Source: Candidatus Bathyarchaeota archaeon (GTDB lineage: Archaea; Thermoproteota; Bathyarchaeia; 40CM-2-53-6). From it: a DNA stretch of 64,000 nt. Below the pieces are notes generated by a model, which did no database searches, was not told where the DNA came from, and saw only the letters and a program-made list of their open reading frames with translations. Position numbers and translations under genes: made by a program. Positions 1 to 9,095 of the stretch are shown here, piece after piece. Positions within the stretch are counted from its first letter, which is position 1; every line of letters starts with the position of its first letter. The stretch is taken from assembly GCA_963726255.1 (NCBI GenBank), contig CAVSBL010000002.1, positions 1,952,001-2,016,000 on the forward strand. The letters run 5' to 3'.

Positions 1-275
1 CTGTAGACCTTTCTCCTAAATTGCGAAACGTTCGACAAGTCCAGAGGCTCCGGTTTTCCTTTACGCTTGCCTGAATAGATTTCGAAGATTTCTTGGAATA
101 TACTTGAGTCAACCGAGCCGCTTTCAATCTGTGACTTGGGAACCATCCGCTTGACCGATTTCTCAGCTTCGCTTCTACTGGAGTCCGAAAATGCGCAAGC
201 AACCAACTGGTCTTTCTCATTCAGCGCCACGGTGAACCACACACCATCTTTCTGTTGGGATCGGATTCGAATCAT
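1..275 (-). CDS. ogt: Probable methylated-DNA--protein-cysteine methyltransferase (MGMT/Ogt), N-terminal part, truncated by window edge
   Basis: Manual translation from ATG 275: MIRIRSQQKDGVWFTVALNEK...IFEIYSGKRKGKPEPLDLSNVSQFRRKVY; 'LDL..vs.FrrKVy' is the typical start of the MGMT DNA-binding domain; catalytic PCHR lies outside the window. Confidence 0.65.
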   Translation of the reverse strand, partial: MIRIRSQQKDGVWFTVALNEKDQLVACAFSDSSRSEAEKSVKRMVPKSQIESGSVDSSIFQEIFEIYSGKRKGKPEPLDLSNVSQFRRKVY

Positions 276-386
276 GCAAGTCGCCGACCCGGTCTATGTT
301 TGTGAGCGTAGATAAAATGTGGGCCGGCGGTGGACGAGTAGTTTCATTAGCCTCTCTGGCTGATTAAAGAGGCCCATCAGATTTCA

Positions 387-1721
387 GTGGTCCTGATGGG
401 CTTGGGCTCGCTCCAGAACCTTGAGTGGATTCAGAAGAGAACCGGCCTAGACCCTGCCCAGAACCATGAATCTCTTACCTTCATCACAACAACTTCCTCC
501 ACCATCTGCATGCAATGCCGCGGTAGCCGCATGCTTTGCGGAAAAGCCTCCTGCCCAATCCTATCAAAAGCGGAATTGCTTGTTAAGCATCTGCCGGAGT
601 TGGGTAGGTCGGAGATTGATGGCTCAAGCCCGCCTGGTGCGTTCGTGGGGCATGTCGGTTACCCGAAAGTCTACGTTGGCCCATTGATTCCGCCCACGAA
701 AGGCGACACGCATCTTCTTGATACGCCTGAATTATGGCTCGGCAAGGATATCCAGACGATTATTGACTTCAGGTTCAGCTTGATTCGCGGAAAATCGCTG
801 CTAGATATTCACGACGCCACCGACCCTAACTCGTACCTACTCGACCTGCATGACCTTGCTCTTTCGTCGGCTTCGGTTGATGTGGACGCGAAGTTTCGCA
901 AGAAACCGCGAATGGCTGTGACCCTAAGCAACGAAACGCAACCCTTCGGCCCGTCGGCGATGATTGAGAAGCTGCAGGTCTCGCCGAGTACCGGTGAACG
1001 GCGGCTTGAGGCTGTGTACTACGATGGGGATGAGTTGGCGGTGGAAGGCATGTTCGATCTTTACACGGACGGGGTTGAGGTTTCGCGCATCCAACGCACG
1101 CTAAGCCTTGGCATGCTCGGCGTGCAGAAGCAGAGGAAAATTGTTCCAACCCGCTGGAGCATCACCGCTGTCGATGACACACTCTCAAAACGGCTGCTTC
1201 GTTCAGTGAGAAATTACCCGCCCATCGACAAATACCAAGTCTACACATACCAGTATCTCGATAATGTGTACGAGGTCCTACTGTCACCGAGGAATTGGGA
1301 GTACGAGTCGATTGAAGCTTGGTTCCCAGGGACGGCTTGGAACGAGAATGGCACGATGCCCGCAATCATGGGCGACCACGAGCCATACGAAGGTAGAACA
1401 ACTTACGCCTCTATCGGAGGCTGTTACTACTCATGCAGGCTGGCGGCCTCGGAAGCACTCGAGAGAGTGCAACGGCAGGCCGCGGTCCTAGTTCTTCGGG
1501 AAGCACGACCAGGCTACATCCTTCCCGTCGGCGTTTGGAACGTCAGGGAAAGCGTGCGCGCGGCCCTCAAAACAAAACCAGCAACCTTCGACACCTTCCA
1601 GCAAGCGCTACACTACGCCTGCACCAATTTCATAATCCCGCAAAAAACCTGGATTGCGAATAGCGTTCTCATCCGCAACGAGATGTTTCAGCGACGCCTC
1701 AACCAATACTTCGCCAACTAA
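387..1721 (+). CDS. nreA: Nre family DNA repair protein
   Basis: N-terminal CxxC...CG...CP, GSSPP, YPKVYVGPL, RKIVPTRWSITAVD, GGCYY, GVWNVRE motifs; C-terminal PIP box QRRLNQYF. Confidence 0.9.
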   Translation: MVLMGLGSLQNLEWIQKRTGLDPAQNHESLTFITTTSSTICMQCRGSRMLCGKASCPILSKAELLVKHLPELGRSEIDGSSPPGAFVGHVGYPKVYVGPLIPPTKGDTHLLDTPELWLGKDIQTIIDFRFSLIRGKSLLDIHDATDPNSYLLDLHDLALSSASVDVDAKFRKKPRMAVTLSNETQPFGPSAMIEKLQVSPSTGERRLEAVYYDGDELAVEGMFDLYTDGVEVSRIQRTLSLGMLGVQKQRKIVPTRWSITAVDDTLSKRLLRSVRNYPPIDKYQVYTYQYLDNVYEVLLSPRNWEYESIEAWFPGTAWNENGTMPAIMGDHEPYEGRTTYASIGGCYYSCRLAASEALERVQRQAAVLVLREARPGYILPVGVWNVRESVRAALKTKPATFDTFQQALHYACTNFIIPQKTWIANSVLIRNEMFQRRLNQYFAN

Positions 1722-1763
1722 TGTTCAAATCTTCGTAGAGCACGAGAAAGGATACTCTTTTTC

Positions 1764-2870
1764 GTGAACGAAGCCGTTGTAACCAGCGCACAGGAGTCTC
1801 GCGGATCGTTGATCGAAATAGCAGGCGACATGCTGGAGGGAGGAGGCCAGATTGTTCGTACAACAGTAGCCCTCTCCGCCCTCACGGGGAAGGACGTCAG
1901 AATCACGAAGATACGAGATAAACGGCCTAACCCTGGCTTGCAAGCGCAACACGTGACAGCGGTGCGGTCGGTTGCAGCTGTTGCTGGTGCGGAAACCGAG
2001 GGCCTATTGCCGGGGTCTAGGGAGTTAGTGTTCAGACCCCGCAAGTATGTTGCGGGCCGCTTCAGTTTCAATGTGGGAACAGCCGGTAGCATTCCGCTTA
2101 TCCTGCAAGCTGTGATGCCTTCAGCCGCCTACGCCCCAGGCCAAGTTGAGTTCGAGTTGACAGGCGGGACAGACGTGCCTTGGAGCCCCACGATTGACTA
2201 CATTCGCCTAGTCGAGCTCCCGATATTGAAGTTGATGGGTTACCGGGCTGATTTAACCGTTGACCGACGGGGACATTATCCCAAGGGAGGAGGCCGCGTT
2301 ACAATAGTGGTTGACCCACCAAGAGTCCTGAAGGCCGTTAGACTGCTTGAACACGGCGAGCTAACAGGTGTGGAGGGAATTAGCCATTGCGTGAAACTTC
2401 CCAGCCACGTAGCCCAGAGGCAAGCGACTGCTGCGACGGAGAGGCTGAATGCGAGCGGAATTCACGCGGTGAACATAGCCATCGAAACCCACTCACCAGC
2501 CCAAGATCCACACTTCGCTCCGGGAAGCGGCATAGCCCTGGCCATGAAATTCACAAACGGCCCTATACTCGGTGCAGATAGCATTGGGGAAAGGGGCAAA
2601 CCAGCTGAACGAGTAGGAGAGGAAGCCGCAAGCAAATTGCTTACAGAGTTCGATTCCAAAGCCGCCGTGGACCAGCACATGGGCGACATACTCATACCAT
2701 ACATCGCCGTAGCCGAAGGGCGCTCCGAGCTACAAATCTCAGCAATCACAACCCACACATTGACCAACATCAAGGTAGCCGAGATTCTTTCGGGCGTAAA
2801 ATTCCAAGTTCAAGGGTCGCTGCATGAACCTGGAAGAATTAGTGTTGAAGGAATAGGTTTGAGAACATGA
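1764..2870 (+). CDS. rtcA: RNA 3'-terminal phosphate cyclase
   Basis: EGGGQIVRT, RPNPGLQAQH, GGTDVPWSP, RGHYPKGGG, VDQHMGD motifs. Confidence 0.95.
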   Translation: MNEAVVTSAQESRGSLIEIAGDMLEGGGQIVRTTVALSALTGKDVRITKIRDKRPNPGLQAQHVTAVRSVAAVAGAETEGLLPGSRELVFRPRKYVAGRFSFNVGTAGSIPLILQAVMPSAAYAPGQVEFELTGGTDVPWSPTIDYIRLVELPILKLMGYRADLTVDRRGHYPKGGGRVTIVVDPPRVLKAVRLLEHGELTGVEGISHCVKLPSHVAQRQATAATERLNASGIHAVNIAIETHSPAQDPHFAPGSGIALAMKFTNGPILGADSIGERGKPAERVGEEAASKLLTEFDSKAAVDQHMGDILIPYIAVAEGRSELQISAITTHTLTNIKVAEILSGVKFQVQGSLHEPGRISVEGIGLRT

Positions 2871-2945
2871 AATGAGCTGAGGACTAGAGGGTAGGGATAA
2901 AATAACGGCTTCACGTGGTACGAAAGCCTACTTGGCGAATCCACT

Positions 2946-3374
2946 ATGTTGGCTAACTTCATCCAAGTTCTCATTGTGATTCTGCTTGGTGTCCTATTCG
3001 CGTACCTGTACGGCTTCATTGAGCATGGTTACATTCCTCCAGCCGAGCACCTTCGGCTGCGTTTTTTCAATCATTTCGCGAATTACCATATCATCATGTT
3101 CGGGTTGTTTTCAGCGCTGCCCTTAGTGGTTCTAGTCTTCGAGCCAAACATACTGGGCATCTTGCTGAGCTTCGGCTTGTGGGCTTTCCTACCGGTAGGA
3201 GAAGATATTTCCTGGTACCATTTCGCAGGTACCTGGCCCACACCTGAAGATTGGACCTCATGGGGAGGCGGCTACCACATCAGAAAAAGATGGGTGCCCA
3301 GATGGTACGTTACTAATTTGGTGTTAACGGGCCTGTTCTTCGGACTAGCTTTAGCCCTTCCCCTTTTCCAATAG
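2946..3374 (+). CDS. Small integral membrane protein, unknown function
   Basis: 142-aa ORF with about 4 hydrophobic segments; AT-rich TATA-like stretch upstream. Confidence 0.7.
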   Translation: MLANFIQVLIVILLGVLFAYLYGFIEHGYIPPAEHLRLRFFNHFANYHIIMFGLFSALPLVVLVFEPNILGILLSFGLWAFLPVGEDISWYHFAGTWPTPEDWTSWGGGYHIRKRWVPRWYVTNLVLTGLFFGLALALPLFQ

Positions 3375-3402
3375 CTTCGCCTATCAGGGGACAGCGGCCG
3401 AT

Positions 3403-3630
3403 CTAGAGGCGTTTCACGATTTCGGCAAACACGTGGCGTGCCGAACACATTGTTATTCGAGCCTTGACTTTCTCCCCTGCCTTCGCGCCTTTCACAAAAA
3501 CGATGCAGCCATGCATCCGGCCTATCCCATCGCCTGAGCGTGAAATCTCCTTGATTTCCAAGTCAACCTCGTCTCCAACCTTCAACCCATGCCAAGCAGC
3601 CAACAAAACCAACCTCGACGTGCAATTCAA
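3403..3630 (-). CDS. TRAM-domain RNA-binding protein (true start uncertain)
   Basis: LKVGDEVDLEIKEISRSGDGIGRMHGCIVFVKGAKAGEKVKARI...FAEIV is a canonical single-TRAM sequence. Confidence 0.85.
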   Translation of the reverse strand: MNCTSRLVLLAAWHGLKVGDEVDLEIKEISRSGDGIGRMHGCIVFVKGAKAGEKVKARITMCSARHVFAEIVKRL

Positions 3631-3763
3631 CAGACTCGTACTTTGCTATCAACCTGTCCCTGAGATCGAACTCTTCGCACGTGATGTGCTGCCCAGCTTC
3701 ATCTGATGCCATGTTGGACTCCAATCCATCTGCCTGGAATGCCTGGGCATGTTAGTTGCATGT

Positions 3764-3870
3764 GCGCGCACGCTTGGAGGGACCCCCCGGGGGTGGTACA
3801 TTTTTTGAGGTCAAGGGGGGTTGATTTTGCGGTTTTCTTGGAGTGGCGCGTACGCTTGCGGGGACCCCCC
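3764..3870. repeat. Imperfect GC-rich direct repeat (2 x 25 bp) with G/C homopolymer runs
   Basis: GCGCGCACGCTTGGAGGGACCCCCC (3764-3788) vs GCGCGTACGCTTGCGGGGACCCCCC (3846-3870), 22/25 identical. Confidence 0.6.
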
Positions 3871-4065
3871 CTGGTGGGGGGGCTAGCCCATGCAGGGTGG
3901 GGCATCCTCGCTTCCTACCATGCACATGGTCGCCAGCGACCAGGTGCATTGTTCCGCGGTCAAACCACTGAAGCATAACATATGCTAGACATCATTCGCG
4001 CTTGGTAAGGGTAAAAGAACTTGCACGGGGAACGTTGCTGGGACCATGCCGCGGCTAGAGGTTCC

Positions 4066-4923
4066 TTACTTCTTTCTTTTTCTGTCTTCTTTGTTCTTGC
4101 TGGTTCCCTTGTAGGTTAGTACTCTGCCCCAGAGGTCCTTTGTTCCCCAGATTCCTCTGCGCAGAGTTTCTAAGTGAACAATTTGGCTGTGGTCTACGAA
4201 CAGGTTCACTTCCGGACCGTAATTCTTGATGTACCAGCCGAACACCTCAGGGTCTGCGGCTTCAAACATTACCTTTTCCAATCCCAACGCATCGATTATT
4301 TTTGGCGGCACGTCGGTCCGCCAGGTTTTGACATTTTCCGTTATTCCTTCCGATTCAATCATGATCATGTACGCGCCTGCGTCTAGGAAACGCTTAGCCT
4401 CTGAGATTGCCCAAGCTGGGTCCTTTGTTCCTTCAGCTTCGAGTTCTGCGATTGATGTGGCGCCGCCGGAGCCGAATTGGATTCCAACTTCAGGTTTCGG
4501 CTTCAACCCAGCTTTCTTGACAAGCTCCACCAGTTGGACCCAATCGTCGACAGGTATTGTGATGAAACCGCAGGAAATCTCAATTATGTCAAAGCCAATA
4601 TCCTTGCATTCCTTCACGTAGCGTTCCACGGCCTCAGGGCCCTGTGTCAAAACGTATTCCATCCACCCGCCCGTCGAGACGAGCACGTTGTACCGGTGCG
4701 CGGTGTCGATAATCTCCTTGAGCACGTCTCTCTTCATGAGGCTGAAGGATCCGGCTGCGAACTTTAGTGAGTCCACGTATTCGCCCATTGTCTCCAGAAC
4801 GTCTTCGAGGTACCGTTTCCCCATGACCGTGTAGTATGGGCCACGGATCTCAGTAACTCCTTTCGTTCGGGGCTTTCCAGGCCGTTCGTTCATTTTGATA
4901 AAGGAAAACGCTCTGCCGCTCAA
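4066..4923 (-). CDS. comA: Phosphosulfolactate synthase (ComA) family protein
   Basis: KPRTKGVTE, YVDSLKF, GFDIIEISCG, KPEVG, MIESEG, FEA, GPEVNL, LETLRRG motifs. Confidence 0.85.
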   Translation of the reverse strand: MSGRAFSFIKMNERPGKPRTKGVTEIRGPYYTVMGKRYLEDVLETMGEYVDSLKFAAGSFSLMKRDVLKEIIDTAHRYNVLVSTGGWMEYVLTQGPEAVERYVKECKDIGFDIIEISCGFITIPVDDWVQLVELVKKAGLKPKPEVGIQFGSGGATSIAELEAEGTKDPAWAISEAKRFLDAGAYMIMIESEGITENVKTWRTDVPPKIIDALGLEKVMFEAADPEVFGWYIKNYGPEVNLFVDHSQIVHLETLRRGIWGTKDLWGRVLTYKGTSKNKEDRKRKK

Positions 4924-6335
4924 CGCTTTGTTCCTCTTTTAGGGTCGGGAATATTTTCCAAAAGCTCCGTAAGGTCTGTGACATATAGGTCTTCCATCTG
5001 ACTGATGCAATCCACGATTTGCTTTCGCAAATTCTTGTCAACATATCGCGTGCTGAGGCTGTCAAATTTCTGAACCGCCCTCTCCCAGCCCATGGGACGT
5101 GTGAAGAAGCCCTCGTAGTCCCGTTTCTCCTTCTCAACCATCCGCCCGCCCTTCAAATGAACTATCAGGTGGGACGGCATCTCATTCGGAAACCTACGGC
5201 TGTAATCTTCTCGGGGTCTGACGACGATCTTCTGTAGAAGTTCCTGAACGTCGCTTCTGTTAATTCGGTCAGGATAATATTGCTCGGGCATGACTGTCCC
5301 ATCCAGAATCGCCGTAGCAACAATGTAGGGGAGACTGTGGTCTGCTTCTTCTTTCGTACGGATGTGTTTCTTTTCGCCTTCTTCTCCGCCGCCGATTATG
5401 TTGTAGGCTACGTCGAAGACTTCGACCTCGACTTTCTCGATGTCCGCCGGGGCAAAGCCCTGTTCCCTCTTGAGGTTTAAGATGCCTTCAATTGAAGATT
5501 GGGAATGAACCTCGGCATTGTACTTCTTTATGATTGTGCGTGTAACCCGCTCCAAGTTCTCCTTAGACCAGTCAATTTCGAATTTTCCAGCAATCGAATC
5601 CATGAATCCCTTGTTTCCTTCAAAAACCTCAGCCGGCCCAGTAATGCCGCGCATTGCCAAGAAGGCTGCATGAGTCGCGCCGAAGCCAGTGAAAGGATAA
5701 GCCAGCCCCTTCCAGTGGGACAGTTTCCCAGTACGCGTTACGCGAAGTGCGTTTAGGGCTGTGCCGCTGATAGCGATCGCATTCGCCGTCTTCTCAACAT
5801 CTAAGCCTAAAGCCTTGGAGACGCCTGCGGCTGCAGCGTACGATCCCTGTGTTGTATGGTCGAAGCCTTTGCTTCGGACCGGGGCCACGTCGCTGAGGCG
5901 GCATTGCACTTGGTAGGCTACAGCGAGCGCCAGCAGGAAATCGGTTCCCTTCGCCTTCGCGTACTCCGCCGCAGCTAGAACGGCGCCAACATTATCGTTA
6001 GGATGGCAAGTCTCCCCTTTTGCTAAGTAGCTGTCGTTGAAGTCCAAATAGCGAACCAGCGCCCCGTTGTACAACGCTGCAAGGTCGGGAGCCGTCTTCC
6101 CACCACCAACAAGCGTGCAATGCGCTTTTCCCCCGAAATCATCCAGCTGCGCCTGCAGCATGCGAATTGGTTCGCCTTCGAGGGCACCAATCGCACACCC
6201 GAGGGCATCCAAGACTCGGATCTTCAGCTCCTGCTTAGCCGCTGGTGACAAGTCTTTGAAAGACGCTTTCGTCACAAATTGCGCAAGTTCATGAACTTTG
6301 GTTGATTTCTGAGACAAGGCTGAAGCCGCCAGCAA
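4920..6335 (-). CDS. MmgE/PrpD family protein (2-methylcitrate dehydratase-like)
   Basis: LVRYLDFNDSY, CHPNDN, GKLSHWKG, EEADHSLPY motifs; overlaps comA start by 4 bp. Confidence 0.9.
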   Translation of the reverse strand: MLAASALSQKSTKVHELAQFVTKASFKDLSPAAKQELKIRVLDALGCAIGALEGEPIRMLQAQLDDFGGKAHCTLVGGGKTAPDLAALYNGALVRYLDFNDSYLAKGETCHPNDNVGAVLAAAEYAKAKGTDFLLALAVAYQVQCRLSDVAPVRSKGFDHTTQGSYAAAAGVSKALGLDVEKTANAIAISGTALNALRVTRTGKLSHWKGLAYPFTGFGATHAAFLAMRGITGPAEVFEGNKGFMDSIAGKFEIDWSKENLERVTRTIIKKYNAEVHSQSSIEGILNLKREQGFAPADIEKVEVEVFDVAYNIIGGGEEGEKKHIRTKEEADHSLPYIVATAILDGTVMPEQYYPDRINRSDVQELLQKIVVRPREDYSRRFPNEMPSHLIVHLKGGRMVEKEKRDYEGFFTRPMGWERAVQKFDSLSTRYVDKNLRKQIVDCISQMEDLYVTDLTELLENIPDPKRGTKR

Positions 6336-6384
6336 TTATCAGCACTAAGCTATCTTTGTTACCATGTGCTCGGTCCGAGGGAGT

Positions 6385-6516
6385 TCACGATTTCTGGCAG
6401 GTCTTCTCATGCTCAGGCAAGCATTTCTCGCACATGGTGTTACCGCAGTTCTTACACATTTTGAGCGGGCCTTCGAGTGGTTGACCGCAAAAGCCGCAAT
6501 AGTTACCAGACAGCAA
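6385..6516 (-). CDS. 43-aa AN1/B-box-like zinc-finger microprotein (absent from ORF track)
   Basis: Manual translation MLSGNYCGFCGQPLEGPLKMCKNCGNTMCEKCLPEHEKTCQKS: three CxxC plus HxxxC. Confidence 0.65.
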   Translation of the reverse strand: MLSGNYCGFCGQPLEGPLKMCKNCGNTMCEKCLPEHEKTCQKS

Positions 6517-6684
6517 AGGATTGCAACTCTTTCTTTCTACCTTCAACGGTTAATGTTTAGACCTAATAATCTGCCCGTTAATCGCGGCAGTTGACGATTG
6601 GAGAGGAGACTCCATCACGAACGTGATGCGGTAACTTGACGCATTCGAAGTTTGAGCGTTGGGGGCCGCCCGAGACTAAACAGC

Positions 6685-6837
6685 CTACTTGACTACGACC
6701 CGGTACGCTCGTAGGACCTTTTGTGAGCCGCGGCAGGCTGGGCATTCTTCAAAGCATCCAATGTCCTTGATTATCTCCCATCGGCCGCCAGACCCGTGGC
6801 ACCATGGGCAGTCAATTTCCCCAAGCTCCTCAATCAT
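6685..6837 (-). CDS. 50-aa DnaJ-type CxxCxGxG zinc-finger microprotein (absent from ORF track)
   Basis: MIEELGEIDCPWCHGSGGRWEIIKDIGCFEECPACRGSQKVLRAYRVVVK; its ATG overlaps the upstream TGA (ATGA). Confidence 0.7.
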   Translation of the reverse strand: MIEELGEIDCPWCHGSGGRWEIIKDIGCFEECPACRGSQKVLRAYRVVVK

Positions 6838-7007
6838 AGGTCCAACTCCGCTCGGCGGGCCTTTCGCTCCAACTTGTTACCGATCTTCACCCATGTTTGA
6901 AGGCAATCAGGGCACGAATAACCAGCTGAGACCTCAATGCCTCTCGCATGCCAACTGTATTCTATGCTTTCCAATTCCAAGGTACAGATGCATTGTGGGC
7001 AAATCAT
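6834..7007 (-). CDS. Small zinc-ribbon protein
   Basis: MICPQCICTLE...YSCPDCLQTW, two CxxC; coupled to the next gene; start placed at the internal Met of the 6834..7043 ORF. Confidence 0.65.
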   Translation of the reverse strand: MICPQCICTLELESIEYSWHARGIEVSAGYSCPDCLQTWVKIGNKLERKARRAELDL

Positions 7008-7146
7008 GAGCTTGAGCCTGCCGAGAAAGAAAGTTAACCGCATAGGTGAGTGAATTCCTTCGACAGAGACAGCTGAAAGAAGTGGCTCATCTTGGAGGAT
7101 TCACCGTGTTTCAGTCGAGTTCACCAAGATAGTTTCGAGGGGCTTG

Positions 7147-7428
7147 TCAAGCTTCATTGGGTCTAGTTTTTCGGCTCACCCACAGAGTTGAATCGTCGAC
7201 TGTGTTACGTATCTCTAGGATTCTATGAAACGGGATTAGTGTCTCATCGCCTTCGTGCGATTCCTGTATCGTGAAGTAGGATTTTCCGAGTGAATGAATC
7301 TCAGACGCTTTGATTTGCTTCACGTCGCCTGGCGCTCCCCGGTGGCGGTACGTGATGACATAATCGTCAGGGTTCTCCTTCTCATCCCAGCGGAGCCTGT
7401 TGAGAACGTTCTTCAGCGGATGAACCAT
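7147..7428 (-). CDS. DUF504 / MJ1316-type RNA-repair domain protein
   Basis: LKNVLNRLRWD...ITYRHRG...IPFHRILEI motif. Confidence 0.85.
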   Translation of the reverse strand: MVHPLKNVLNRLRWDEKENPDDYVITYRHRGAPGDVKQIKASEIHSLGKSYFTIQESHEGDETLIPFHRILEIRNTVDDSTLWVSRKTRPNEA

Positions 7429-7558
7429 GAACCATCTTCAGCTTTGCCTATGTTTGCTAGCGTAGGAGGCGGCGTTCTAGATATTGCTCTCGAAATTGGT
7501 TGCTGTCAAGTCAGCTTAAAACCCTGACTGGCGCAAGGGTTGTTGGGTTTAGAGAACG

Positions 7559-7975
7559 TTGGCTAGCCAGAAACTTCTTGACATGTTGAACAAGGCAATT
7601 GCTGGGGAGCTTCAAGCCATAATTCAGTACATGTGGCAGCACATCCAGTGGAAAGGAATTGAGCACTACGCGGTCAGCAAAGGATTCGAGGAAACCGCGA
7701 TGGCAGAAATGAAACATGCCGAGAAGATTGCTGAGAGGCTCTGGTACCTAGGCGCAAAGCCAACAATACAACCTGCCCCCATCTTCGTCGGAAATTCACT
7801 CGAAGAGATGATTCAATCCGACGTGAAAGCAGAGTTAGAAACAATAGCTCTATACAAAGAAATCATGGAACAGGCACAAAAGGAAGGCGACGTTGCCACA
7901 AAGGAAATCTTCGAAGAGATAGAGGAAGACGAAGAAGAACACCACGACTTCTTCTCAAGCCTACTCGAAAAATAA
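7559..7975 (+). CDS. Bacterioferritin/ferritin-like protein
   Basis: ELQAIIQY, EMKHAE, E..TIALY, DEEEHH diiron motifs. Confidence 0.9.
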   Translation: MASQKLLDMLNKAIAGELQAIIQYMWQHIQWKGIEHYAVSKGFEETAMAEMKHAEKIAERLWYLGAKPTIQPAPIFVGNSLEEMIQSDVKAELETIALYKEIMEQAQKEGDVATKEIFEEIEEDEEEHHDFFSSLLEK

Positions 7976-8189
7976 GCGCCCCCCTTCGCTTTCGCGATAA
8001 TGCGCTCCTGCGTTCGCGCCGCGAGAATCTAATGGCGTTCGAAGAATGCAACTGTCTCCTACGAGGAGGGTCAGCAAAGTCCATGAATTGTCCAGAACCC
8101 TTCACGTTTAACCCTCTTCGAGGTACCGTAAATGAACAAATACTTGCCGCAAGCTTTTTTCAACAGGTCCACTAAGAGCGGCGATAGCC

Positions 8190-8300
8190 TTGTATCCAGA
8201 ACCTTCCCGCCGCAATTGCCCCAAATGTGCTCGGTGCGGTGGATGCACACAATGGTCAAACGGAAGATGGTTCTGCTTGTTCTGTAGAATCTACTACTAA
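8190..8300 (+). CDS. Possible 36-aa zinc-ribbon microprotein
   Basis: TTG-start MYPEPSRRNCPKCARCGGCTQWSNGRWFCLFCRIYY with a W(F)CxxC..Y ribbon ending. Confidence 0.4.
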   Translation: MYPEPSRRNCPKCARCGGCTQWSNGRWFCLFCRIYY

Positions 8301-8434
8301 GCATCCTTCATGCTACCGGTGGTTTCTGGTTGGGCGAGTTGCGGTTTGCGTCAATCTGTAGGTGTGACTAGGTTTGAGGCTTCCAATACCTTATTAGTCC
8401 GCTTGCGGGGGGATTCCCGAATCGGTGTTTCTGA

Positions 8435-9040
8435 TTGAGTGAATACTACTTGCCAGGCGCAACAACGATCGGCATCGTCTGCAAAGATGGCGTAATACTC
8501 GCTGCCGAACGGCGCGTCACATACGGATATTTCGTCATGAGCAAGAGCGGTAAGAAGGTCTTCAAGATCGCTGACAAGATTGGCGCAGCATGCGCCGGCA
8601 TAGTTGCTGACATGCAAATCCTGACCCGCGAAGTCGGCGCCTACCTCAACCTCTACACCTACGAACGGGAGCAAAGCGTGACCGTCCGCACAGCCGCCAA
8701 GCTGATGGGTAGCATGCTCTTCGAGCGACGCTACTTCCCATACCTCGCACAAACAATCGTTGGCGGAATCGACGAGGGCGGCCCGAGATTGTTCGTTCTC
8801 GACCCGTTGGGATCAGTTATCGAAGACAAGTATACAGCGGTGGGCTCCGGGTCGGAAATCGCTATGGGTCTTCTTGAAAGCGAATTCAAGGAAGGCCTCT
8901 CCATTGAGGAAGCGAAGGGTCTTGCAAGGAAGGCCGTGAAGGCTGCTTCGGCCCGGGATATAGGCAGCGGCGAAGGCCTTGACATGCTCATCATAACAAA
9001 CAACGGCGTGCTCGAAGAACAAGAACTGCCCGCCAAGTAG
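8435..9040 (+). CDS. psmB: Proteasome beta subunit, probably the non-catalytic paralog
   Basis: GATTIGIVCKDGVILAAERR, KKVFKI, GIVADMQ, AVGSGS, RDIGSG; Thr1 position occupied by Ala. Confidence 0.92.
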   Translation: MSEYYLPGATTIGIVCKDGVILAAERRVTYGYFVMSKSGKKVFKIADKIGAACAGIVADMQILTREVGAYLNLYTYEREQSVTVRTAAKLMGSMLFERRYFPYLAQTIVGGIDEGGPRLFVLDPLGSVIEDKYTAVGSGSEIAMGLLESEFKEGLSIEEAKGLARKAVKAASARDIGSGEGLDMLIITNNGVLEEQELPAK

Positions 9041-9095
9041 CCAGCGAGCAACCTTATTTCAAAGGAAGATTCCTCGCAGCCAGCCAGCGAGCCCT

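Noticed and set aside
3764-3900. Replication origin (ORB with G-string)
   Set aside because: No TTCCA..GGAAA ORB core, no AT-rich unwinding element, no cdc6 nearby
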